64,000 nt of DNA from Candidatus Omnitrophota bacterium (GCA_042570265.1 JBHPGU010000005.1:228-64227), one strand, 5' to 3'; shown: positions 43,617-50,737, numbered from the stretch's first letter. Program-made: numbers and translations. The notes: generated by a model from the sequence alone, not told the origin.

Positions 43617-44216
43617 ATGCCAGGATACCCTAGTGTAATAGAGAATTTATTGGAACGCCTTGTCAAGTTTCCGGGGATAGGCAGGAGGAGCGCTGAGCGT
43701 ATTGTGTTTTATCTGCTGGAGGCCCCTAAGGAAGAAGTGAGCTTGTTGTCTGAGGAATTAGGAAATCTGAAATCCAGGATCAATTTTTGTAAGATTTGTA
43801 ATAATTTAGGCGAAGATGAGGTTTGTCAGGTTTGTCGTGATGCTAACAGGCAGCAAGATATCCTGTGTATTGTAGAGACCCCAAAGGATGTAGGCGTTAT
43901 TGAGAGGACTGGCGGCTTTAAAGGGGTATATCACGTTCTCTTGGGCGCAATTGCACCCCTGGAAGGCAAGGGCCCCGGGTCTTTAAAGATAAACGGCTTA
44001 ATCCAAAGGATAAAAGATAACAATATCAATGAAGTGATTATCGCTACTGACTCTGACACAGAAGGAGAGACAACGGCTTTATATTTGTCAAAGTTGATTA
44101 AGCCTTTAGGAATTAAGGTTAGCCGTATCGGAGTAGGTATCCCTGTAGGCAGTAATATCGAATATGCTGATTCTATGACCTTGACTAGGGCACTTGAAGC
44201 GAGACGCGAAATTTGA
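43617..44216 (+). CDS. recR: Recombination protein RecR
   Basis: HhH LVKFPGIGRRSAERI, C4 zinc finger CKICNN...CQVC, Toprim IVETPKDVGVIE ... ATDSDTEGE. Confidence 0.93.
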   Translation: MPGYPSVIENLLERLVKFPGIGRRSAERIVFYLLEAPKEEVSLLSEELGNLKSRINFCKICNNLGEDEVCQVCRDANRQQDILCIVETPKDVGVIERTGGFKGVYHVLLGAIAPLEGKGPGSLKINGLIQRIKDNNINEVIIATDSDTEGETTALYLSKLIKPLGIKVSRIGVGIPVGSNIEYADSMTLTRALEARREI

Positions 44217-44244
44217 TTGATTTTTTTTGGATTTTCTGTATAAT
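44217..44244 (+). promoter_or_regulatory. Putative sigma-70 promoter for tRNA-Asn
   Basis: TTGATT (44217-44222), 16-nt spacer, consensus TATAAT (44239-44244). Lies 60 nt upstream of the tRNA. Confidence 0.5.
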
Positions 44245-44339
44245 TAAGAACGCTTTTATTTGTTAACTTACGACTAATAACTAACAACTAACGACTAGAT
44301 CAATTCCCCTGTAGCTCAGTTGGTAGAGCGGGTGGCTGT

Positions 44340-44880
44340 GCGCGAGCGAAGCAAGCGCAAACAATTGCTTCGCAGTATGAAGAAAGGAGGTGACAGGTTG
44401 GCAAAAGTCGAACAGCGCAAATATAGCGATAGACGCCAATACCTTATTAAGGCGGTTCATAAAAGGCGTAAAAAAATACGTCAAATGGCTGTGGAATATA
44501 AGGGCGGATGTTGTGAGCAATGTAGTTATGATCGTTGTGTTGAAGCGCTTGAGTTTCATCATTGTGACTCTTCTCGCAAAGACTTCAGTATATCTCAAAA
44601 GGGATATACGCGGAGTTGGAAGAGAGTAAGAATGGAACTTGATAAATGCAAAATACTATGTGCCAATTGTCACCGAGAACTCCATGCTAAGTTAGCAGCC
44701 TCTAGCGGTAACGCTAGAGTGAAAAGTGGGCTAATTCAGGGAAACCGTAACGTAAAGCCGACGGCAATCCTGAGCTATTTGCCAAATATTATGGCAGAGA
44801 GTGCAGAGACTTTACACCCACCATCCCAGATTTTGGGATGAAGAGAAAGTCCGACTCTTAAGGAAACTTAAGTCAGATCG
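44340..44880 (+). ncRNA. Group I (IC3-like) self-splicing intron
   Basis: The 5' exon ends in U and the intron ends in G. Core elements: P2 hairpin CTCTAGCG-GTAA-CGCTAGAG (44700-44719); P3 GTGGG (44726-30)/CCCAC (44817-21); P4 TCAGGG (44736-41)/TCCTGA (44768-73); GGGAAACC; P6 TGCCA/TGGCA (44780-96); GTGCAGAGACT (44801-11); P8 CATCCCA/TGGGATG (44822-40); P9 CTTAAG-GAAA-CTTAAG (44857-72). Confidence 0.8.
44377..44841 (+). CDS. Intron-encoded HNH homing endonuclease
   Basis: HNH/zinc motif: GGCCEQCSY...LEFHHCDSSRKDFSIS...KCKILCANCHRELH. In-frame start candidates are ATG 44377 and TTG 44398; the latter follows AAAGGAGGTG. The last ~50 codons run through the ribozyme core. Confidence 0.8.
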   Translation: MKKGGDRLAKVEQRKYSDRRQYLIKAVHKRRKKIRQMAVEYKGGCCEQCSYDRCVEALEFHHCDSSRKDFSISQKGYTRSWKRVRMELDKCKILCANCHRELHAKLAASSGNARVKSGLIQGNRNVKPTAILSYLPNIMAESAETLHPPSQILG

Positions 44881-44929
44881 TAACCACCATGTCCGAGGTT
44901 CGAGTCCTCGCGGGGGAGTGAAATTTCAT

Positions 44930-44965
44930 AACCCTCTGCAATGAAATATGTTGTGGAGGGTTTTT
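44930..44965 (+). terminator. Terminator-like hairpin after tRNA-Asn
   Basis: AACCCTC ... GAGGGTT stem (7 bp, 19-nt loop) followed by TTT. Confidence 0.4.
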
Positions 44966-45060
44966 GATTTTAGTTTTCGAACTAAGTGATTTTAAACTTA
45001 TTTGGTGGTATACTGGTAATAAAGAAAGATGATGTTATTGAATAAGGTTGGTTATTTATT

Positions 45061-46755
45061 ATGATTAAAGATATTAAAATTAAAAAGTGGTTTGAGAAGA
45101 ATAAGAGCGATAAAAGAAATCAAATCGCCAAGATACTAGGTATAGAGTATGCTCACATAAAGTTAACAAATAAGGATGACCTTTATCTAACAAGTCAAGG
45201 CTTGCCGTTTATTGAAAATTTAAAACCTGAGAATTATTGGACAGATGCAAATTGGTTTAACAAAAATTCTAAAAGGCTATTAGGAACAGGTTGTGTTTAC
45301 AAAATTAGGACAAAAAGAGTAAATGGTAAATACAAAGATATTGTAATAAAGTGGAATCGCATGGGACAGAATATTCCTGGTGAAGATGATTATGAGGAAT
45401 TAATGGATGCGGAATTTAATAGTCCCTTTGAGGAGTTCTCTTTAGTTGCGGGATTAAGGAATGCTGTGTTGGAGTCTTCCTTTGAGATAACTATACAAAA
45501 GCCACTGGCGATATATGTTCCTTCCGAATCTGTGGAAATATGGCAAAGCGGAAGAAAAGAATATAAGATGCAATATAAAATTGATTCACACAAAGATATT
45601 GTATTAGATATGCATCGTTCATACGCCGTTATTTACGAGTGGATTGAAGGGATAGATGCGGTAGAGGCCTATGATAAACACATAATAGATAAAAAGCACA
45701 TGAGGAAGCTTACGCTTGATGCTGATAAGAAGATAAAAAAGAAGGGTTTTGTGGTAAGGGATAATAAGCCTCATCACATCATTGTCAGACCTAAAAAAGA
45801 GAAAGAACTGGTAAGGGATGAAGAAGGGAAGGTTCTTTATGGGTTAATTGATTTTGAGTTGCTTGAAAGAACTCCTCAAAGAGAAAAAACAGCTAAAAAG
45901 GATAAGCGTGCAGATTATTTAAAAAGGCAAAGAGATAGATTTGTCATTGGTGATTCTAATGAGTTTCATCCGCACTTACATCACGTAAACTTTTTAGATG
46001 TGGAATATGTTTATGGCAATGTAGAGAGCACAAAAGGAAGGCTATGGGTAGTAGGCAAAGACCCATATTTATTTGATTATTTTTTACCAGAGCGATGGGA
46101 GAAAATTACTAAAACCAAGATTTCTGTATTCAACGATATGTATTACACAGTATCTAAGGATAATATACATCTTGCTTGGAAAGTCTCTAAAGTTGGATTG
46201 AAGCCCGACATGGACCCTTATAAAGAAGATGAAAAGAGAATATTAGAATATGGTTTCAATAGCCCATTTGAAGAAGTCGCTATCGCAGTTGAGCTCAGTC
46301 GCAAAGGCATACCTACTATTTATCCCAGGGCAATATACATGAGTTCAAATAAAACAAAAATACCAGATAAACTTTCGGATAAATCACGATATGAGACGCA
46401 TAAATCTTTTGCCACTCCTGATGGAATAGCCTTCTTAAAAAAGAATCAAGATTATATAAGTATTTGGGGCTATTGGAATGGTCCTGACGAAAAACTTGCT
46501 GCTAAGGACAGTGATTATTATGAAGGAATTGATACGCTACGTGCATTTAAAGAAGGGATTATCACTGAAAAGCAATATTTTGATTTATTGCAGATAGCAA
46601 AAGAGAGTTTATTCCAAGCAGGATTTGAAGATTTGAACTTTAGAGGGAATCATATATTGATTTCATTCGATAGTAAAAAGAATTTAATTATAAGTGATGA
46701 TGGCATCCCTGAAGTAAGGATATGTAATTTTGAATCTTTGAAGAAGATTAAATAA
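45061..46755 (+). CDS. Tandem protein-kinase-like protein (Kdo/WaaP/RIO-like kinase domain plus degenerate second copy)
   Basis: Half 1: DIVIKWNR (beta3 Lys), FNSPFEEFSLVAGLR (alphaC Glu), VVRDNKPHHIIV (catalytic loop), GLIDFELLE (DFG-like). Half 2 repeats the fold (WKVSKVG, FNSPFEEVAIAVELSRKGIPT, EDLNFRGNHILI), but ICNFESL replaces the metal-binding Asp. Confidence 0.6.
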   Translation: MIKDIKIKKWFEKNKSDKRNQIAKILGIEYAHIKLTNKDDLYLTSQGLPFIENLKPENYWTDANWFNKNSKRLLGTGCVYKIRTKRVNGKYKDIVIKWNRMGQNIPGEDDYEELMDAEFNSPFEEFSLVAGLRNAVLESSFEITIQKPLAIYVPSESVEIWQSGRKEYKMQYKIDSHKDIVLDMHRSYAVIYEWIEGIDAVEAYDKHIIDKKHMRKLTLDADKKIKKKGFVVRDNKPHHIIVRPKKEKELVRDEEGKVLYGLIDFELLERTPQREKTAKKDKRADYLKRQRDRFVIGDSNEFHPHLHHVNFLDVEYVYGNVESTKGRLWVVGKDPYLFDYFLPERWEKITKTKISVFNDMYYTVSKDNIHLAWKVSKVGLKPDMDPYKEDEKRILEYGFNSPFEEVAIAVELSRKGIPTIYPRAIYMSSNKTKIPDKLSDKSRYETHKSFATPDGIAFLKKNQDYISIWGYWNGPDEKLAAKDSDYYEGIDTLRAFKEGIITEKQYFDLLQIAKESLFQAGFEDLNFRGNHILISFDSKKNLIISDDGIPEVRICNFESLKKIK

Positions 46756-46876
46756 TAGTTCTCCCAATAGGGTGAGGGTGACATTCAGTATACAAGTTCT
46801 TTATATAATTTGTTCGCTTCTTCCGTAAGGCAATATGCCTTAAACTCCTCCAAAAAGTTGCGGAAATCGTAGTCTT

Positions 46877-46890
46877 GGGGGAGCCAGTTT
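46877..46890 (+). repeat. Decayed copy of the tRNA-Asn acceptor 3' end plus CCA (att remnant)
   Basis: GGGGGAGCCAGTTT is identical to 48448-48461. The preceding AGTCTT resembles the AGTCCTCGC of the T arm. Confidence 0.55.
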
Positions 46891-46920
46891 CCTCTCTCTA
46901 ATTATCCGTCGAGAGAGGCC

Positions 46921-46957
46921 AAAAGCTCTGATTGATAGATTCAATCAGAGCTTTTTT
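46921..46957 (+). terminator. Rho-independent terminator
   Basis: 15-bp perfect stem AAAAGCTCTGATTGA / TCAATCAGAGCTTTT, 5-nt loop, T-run. Confidence 0.8.
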
Positions 46958-47252
46958 ATACCTTTAGGTTTTAAAGAGTTAGGGTATTATTTCTTGTTAG
47001 ACTACGGATTTAATTTTAATAATTGATCAACCTGTACAACATCTCAAAGAGCAGGTTAGAATTTCGTTTCATTCCTTGCAATGTATCTCTAAAATGGCTC
47101 TTATATATTGGTTCGTATATAATGAAATATCTACGAGATTATTCAATATTTGGCTCATTTTTCGGGCATTATATAAGAAATTGATGAGACCTTTTTCTAA
47201 TTATTGGGGAGGTTTTTCATGACTCCATTTTGTAAAAAGAGTAAAAAGCGTG

Positions 47253-47331
47253 AGTTAACCAACAAAAGTTAATATTCTATATATTGTTGGTTAACTTATT
47301 CCTTGACTTTTATTAACCAACAACGTATATT
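47253..47331 (+). promoter_or_regulatory. Promoter with repeated operator-like sites
   Basis: 13-bp inverted repeat AGTTAACCAACAA (47253-65) / TTGTTGGTTAACT (47284-96). A third copy, TTAACCAACAA (47313-23), sits inside the spacer of TTGACT (47303-08)-17 nt-TATATT (47326-31). GGTTAACT recurs next to the RBS. Confidence 0.55.
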
Positions 47332-47364
47332 ATTAGTATATGTGTAGGTTAACTTGGAGGAAAT

Positions 47365-47685
47365 ATGAAAGGTGTCATTAAGGGGGTTTTAGCTGAAGAG
47401 TTGCAAAATTCTCTACGTATGAAGAAAGAATATAAATTGGCTCTTGGTAAGCTTCCCAAGGGGTGCTTATCGCTAAAGAAGATAAAAGGGCATAAGTATT
47501 ACTATCTGGTAAAGAGAGAAAAAGGAAAGCTAAAATATATTTATAAAGGGCAACTATCAGAAGATCAAATAAAAAAGTACAAAGAAATAAAAAATTATAG
47601 GGCTCAGTACCGTAAGTCATTATCAAAGTTAAAAAAACAAATTAAATTCTTAAGGAGTTCTTTACGTGGAAAAGCAGCAGTATGA
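47365..47685 (+). CDS. Small Lys-rich protein, putative antitoxin/regulator partner
   Basis: 106-aa ORF with a GGAGG RBS. Overlaps the downstream gene by 20 nt. I recognise no motif. Confidence 0.5.
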   Translation: MKGVIKGVLAEELQNSLRMKKEYKLALGKLPKGCLSLKKIKGHKYYYLVKREKGKLKYIYKGQLSEDQIKKYKEIKNYRAQYRKSLSKLKKQIKFLRSSLRGKAAV

Positions 47686-48352
47686 GTTGTGTGTTGAGGT
47701 TTTGCGTAGATTAGATAAAGCAGGGGTGTTAAAAAGCCTTATCTTAGTAGGGAGTTGGTGTATGCCTTTTTATGAGGATTACTTTAAGACTGTTACATAT
47801 GGATTGTCCATAAGGACAAGAGATGTCGATTTTATGGTCCCCGGACCGATACGAGTTAAGACGAATGTTGACGTAGTAGAACTATTAAAAGATTTAGGCT
47901 TCGTGACAGGGTTTCGAGGTAGAGAAGGATATATCAGACTTGAGCATCCGGAGTTGGCTATAGAGTTTTTGGTTCATGAAAAGGGGCGCGGCTCAAATAA
48001 GCCCCATTCTTTAAGAGAATTAGGCATCAATGCTCAGCCGCTAAGGTATTTAAACTTGCTTACGAAGGATATAATTCATGCCGAAATCGAAGGGGTCAAA
48101 GTTGCTTTGCCGCATCCGGTTATTTTTGCTTTTCATAAACTAATAGTTGCCCAGATCAGAAAAGAAAAGCATAAAAAAATCAAAGATGAGGCAGACGCAA
48201 GAAAGGTGCTAAAGGCGTTATTAGATAAAGGGGAATCGGCAATTATTAAGATGCAATTTAGTTCTATGCTTCCAAAGTGGCAGAAAAAGGTTCTCAGGGG
48301 CCTAAATGAGATAGAGGAATCCGAGCTTTTAAATTTGCTGTCAGGGCGGTAG
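47666..48352 (+). CDS. Nucleotidyltransferase-fold protein (AbiEii/MNT-like), putative toxin
   Basis: LILVGSWCMPFY...IRTRDVDFMV fits the G-S ... D-x-D pattern of the minimal NTase fold. 228 aa. GTG start inside the upstream gene. Confidence 0.45.
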   Translation: MEKQQYELCVEVLRRLDKAGVLKSLILVGSWCMPFYEDYFKTVTYGLSIRTRDVDFMVPGPIRVKTNVDVVELLKDLGFVTGFRGREGYIRLEHPELAIEFLVHEKGRGSNKPHSLRELGINAQPLRYLNLLTKDIIHAEIEGVKVALPHPVIFAFHKLIVAQIRKEKHKKIKDEADARKVLKALLDKGESAIIKMQFSSMLPKWQKKVLRGLNEIEESELLNLLSGR

Positions 48353-48433
48353 ATTAAGAAGGATTAAGCTTGGTTAAGATGGATTAAGTTTAATTAAGGT
48401 TGGAGCGATAAATAAGAACAGGATTAAGTATTA

Positions 48434-48457
48434 GTTCGAGTCCTCGCGGGGGAGCCA
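48434..48457 (+). repeat. Direct repeat of the tRNA-Asn 3' end including CCA (displaced original 3' end / attR)
   Basis: GTTCGAGTCCTCGCGGGGGAG is 21/21 identical to 44898-44918. Here it is followed by CCA, whereas the resident tRNA is followed by TGA. Confidence 0.8.
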
Positions 48458-48491
48458 GTTTAATAGCTCGAACTCACGTTCGAGATAAGGC

Positions 48492-48529
48492 AAAAGCCCC
48501 AGTTATGAAACAGTAACTGGGGCTTTTTT
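48492..48529 (+). terminator. Rho-independent terminator
   Basis: 14-bp perfect stem AAAAGCCCCAGTTA / TAACTGGGGCTTTT, 8-nt loop, T-run. Confidence 0.85.
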
Positions 48530-48904
48530 ATGTCTTGTAAAGGCAAATGGTTAGAGAGTTAGTTTTGACGAAACTCACCTGTTAAATCCCAAACGTACAG
48601 ATATGACCTAATCCTTTTAATACTAATGGGTAGAATCAAGAAACGATCTATCTCTCTATCTCTGAATTGGCCACTATTTAATCGATCGTATTTAATCGCT
48701 ATATTGGCAAGATACATCAGGAATTATTAATTATTTCCCTGCCGTTGGTGATCGATTAAATGGAAATGAAAGGGAAGCTAGGAAGAATTATCTCTCTTTA
48801 TCTCTAAAATCTTGGTTGTTTACGCATTTGATTTTCTAATTGTAAACGAATTGCAATTATGTATCATAGATGGTGGAGAGTAAGGAACTCTAAGGCTATG
48901 TTTT

Positions 48905-49108
48905 ATGGATAAATTATTAACACCCCAACAGCTAAGCGAGCTACTGCAAGTTAAGCCTTCAACGGTTTATAAGTGGACGCACTATCGCTATATTCCTTAT
49001 GTGAAATTAGGGACTGCAATAAGATTTAGAGCAGCAAAGATAGAGGAATGGATTAAGAAAAGAGAAAAGAGGGGTAGGCACTCCTACAAAATACCTTTTA
49101 AGTTATAA
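48905..49108 (+). CDS. Excisionase-family (MerR-like) helix-turn-helix DNA-binding protein
   Basis: LLTPQQLSELLQVKPSTVYKWTHYRYIPYVKLGTAIRFRAAKIEEWI is the classic Xis/AlpA-type HTH_17 pattern. 67 aa. Confidence 0.7.
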   Translation: MDKLLTPQQLSELLQVKPSTVYKWTHYRYIPYVKLGTAIRFRAAKIEEWIKKREKRGRHSYKIPFKL

Positions 49109-49287
49109 AAATAAAACTTGACTAACCTAAAGGATAATGTTATCCTTTAATTGACAATGAAGTAAAGCAAGGCAATGAAGCCCCAAAGAGATTTGGGGCA
49201 TTTTCATTTATAGGGGCAAAGAAGCCCTTTTTTAGAGCAGAGTCTGCTTTTTAAAAAAGGGCTTTTTCTTTGAGGTGGTCGTAAGAT

Positions 49288-49797
49288 ATGGATTTTAGAA
49301 TACTATTAGAAAAGATAACGCCAACGCTTAAGTTTATTGCTAGAAAACATGTTTTGCGTGGTTTTTATAGCGAAGAAGACCTGTATCAGGAGATGTGTCT
49401 TTATATGTGGCAGACCTATAGCCAAGGCCTCCCTATAGGCATAAATGAAGCTTACGTGATCAAGGGCTGTGAATTCCACATTCAGAATTTTATGAGAAAA
49501 GGCAGGCCAAAAGCAAAACTGTCAAGTCTAGATCAGCTTATATCTGACAGAGGGCAGACATTAGGAGATATCCTTGAAGACAAAAACTCAGATTTCAGGT
49601 CAAGCCTAGAAGATAAACTTACTGTTGATGAAATAAATAATTTGGGCCTGACTGATAAAGAGAAGTCAGTACTTTCTTGTTTGTTCAAAGGGCTCACTGT
49701 GCGTGAAGCAGCGAGAGAGCTGGGTATTTCACATGTCATGGTCTTAAAGCACAAAAAGAACATAAAGAAGAAATGGCGAAGAAAAAGGTTACCATGA
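49288..49797 (+). CDS. Small sigma-70-family / LuxR-type HTH transcription factor
   Basis: Region-2-like EDLYQEMCLYMW. Region-4 HTH LTDKEKSVLSCLFKGLTVREAARELGISHVMVLKHKKNI. Confidence 0.6.
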   Translation: MDFRILLEKITPTLKFIARKHVLRGFYSEEDLYQEMCLYMWQTYSQGLPIGINEAYVIKGCEFHIQNFMRKGRPKAKLSSLDQLISDRGQTLGDILEDKNSDFRSSLEDKLTVDEINNLGLTDKEKSVLSCLFKGLTVREAARELGISHVMVLKHKKNIKKKWRRKRLP

Positions 49798-49860
49798 GGG
49801 ACTCTTTTTTACTTAATACAGTTGTAGGTTAAGTAAAAACACAAAGACGTGTTAAAGCAT

Positions 49861-49890
49861 AGACGCATTAATAGTAGTGCGTCTTTTTTA
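49861..49890 (+). terminator. Rho-independent terminator
   Basis: AGACGCA / TGCGTCT stem, 10-nt loop, T6. Confidence 0.65.
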
Positions 49891-49931
49891 TTTTACAACC
49901 GCATTGAGCTAAATGGGAGGCAGAGAAAGTG

Positions 49932-50723
49932 ATGAAATCAAAAAGATTAGTTTTTTTAGTCAGTTTTTTGATGGCCCTAAGCTGTCTTTATATAGAAGCA
50001 GCTGAAACCGACCCTCTAGATGTAGAAATCAGTGTTGGGGAGACCTTTGTTTCCAGATACATTTGGCGCGGCCAAGACCTCTATGGAGATAATGATGCGG
50101 CACATCAGCCTTATATCGACTTTGTTTTTCCTGGATTTGCTTTAGGTGCTGATTTGGGGATTAATCTTTGGAGTTCGTTTCCAATGAGTAGAGGGCATGA
50201 AGACGGTGAGGAGTTCGACTATACCGTTTCTCTTGTCAGGACTTATATGGACAACCTAGATGCCTCTATAGGATATACCTACTTTGATTTTCCTAATTCT
50301 GGCAGCACTACTGATGTATCCGAGTCTTGGGTCTCGTTTACCTTAAATAGTATAATTCCTGATTTACCGTTCGAGATAGCGGCTAATATATTCGCTGGAT
50401 ATGACTTTCAGGCTACTTCAGGTGGTCCTGAAGAAGGTTGGTATTATTCCTGGGGCTTTAGTACAGATTTAGATCTACCAGAGAGTGCATTGACGCAGGA
50501 AGAGCAATCGCTTTCTATAGGTGTTACTAATTGGGGAAACGACGGAGTTGCTGGATTGGAACCTTCAAAACTGTATGCTACAGACATATCATTGACAACT
50601 TCATATTCGTTAGGTAAGCTTAGCATTAGTCCAAGTCTTAACTTTTCGATTAATCACGAAGATAAAATTAATAACGGAGATGACGAGTTCTGGACTGGTA
50701 TTGAGTTCAGCTACGTATTTTGA
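49932..50723 (+). CDS. Outer-membrane beta-barrel (porin-like) protein
   Basis: Signal peptide MMKSKRLVFLVSFLMALSCLYIEA, alternating beta-strand pattern, C-terminal FSYVF. Lies immediately upstream of amtB. Confidence 0.6.
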   Translation: MKSKRLVFLVSFLMALSCLYIEAAETDPLDVEISVGETFVSRYIWRGQDLYGDNDAAHQPYIDFVFPGFALGADLGINLWSSFPMSRGHEDGEEFDYTVSLVRTYMDNLDASIGYTYFDFPNSGSTTDVSESWVSFTLNSIIPDLPFEIAANIFAGYDFQATSGGPEEGWYYSWGFSTDLDLPESALTQEEQSLSIGVTNWGNDGVAGLEPSKLYATDISLTTSYSLGKLSISPSLNFSINHEDKINNGDDEFWTGIEFSYVF

Positions 50724-50737
50724 GAGAGGAGGATGTC

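Larger units (their letters stand above)
44305..44918 (+). tRNA. tRNA-Asn (anticodon GUU) interrupted in the anticodon loop by a 541-nt intron
   Basis: Exon 1 (44305-44339): TCCCCTGTAGCTCAGTTGGTAGAGCGGGTGGCTGT. Exon 2 (44881-44918): TAACCACCATGTCCGAGGTTCGAGTCCTCGCGGGGGAG. Joined, they give a 73-nt cloverleaf with loop CU-GUU-AA, U1-A72, G73 and variable loop ATGTC, closely matching E. coli tRNA-Asn as I recall it. Confidence 0.85.

Noticed and set aside
43609-43617. Missing ybaB between dnaX and recR
   Set aside because: The usual dnaX-ybaB-recR order is only a common synteny. The 7-nt gap simply shows ybaB is elsewhere, which is not noteworthy by itself.
44281-44629. ORFs 44281-44598 (-) and 44390-44629 (+) across the tRNA-Asn/intron region, and the 44320 start of the 173-aa ORF
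   Set aside because: The 44320 start would begin inside tRNA exon 1. The other two ORFs are alternative frames of the HNH gene with no motif. Only the HNH frame, from 44377 or 44398, makes sense.
46790-46900. Minus-strand reading frame giving ...WLPQDYDFRNFLEEFKAYCLTEEANKLYKELVY*, possibly the C-terminal stub of a lost island gene such as an integrase
   Set aside because: It has no start codon, spans only about 35 codons, and has no motif I can assign. It could be chance, and I mention it only as context for the island junction.
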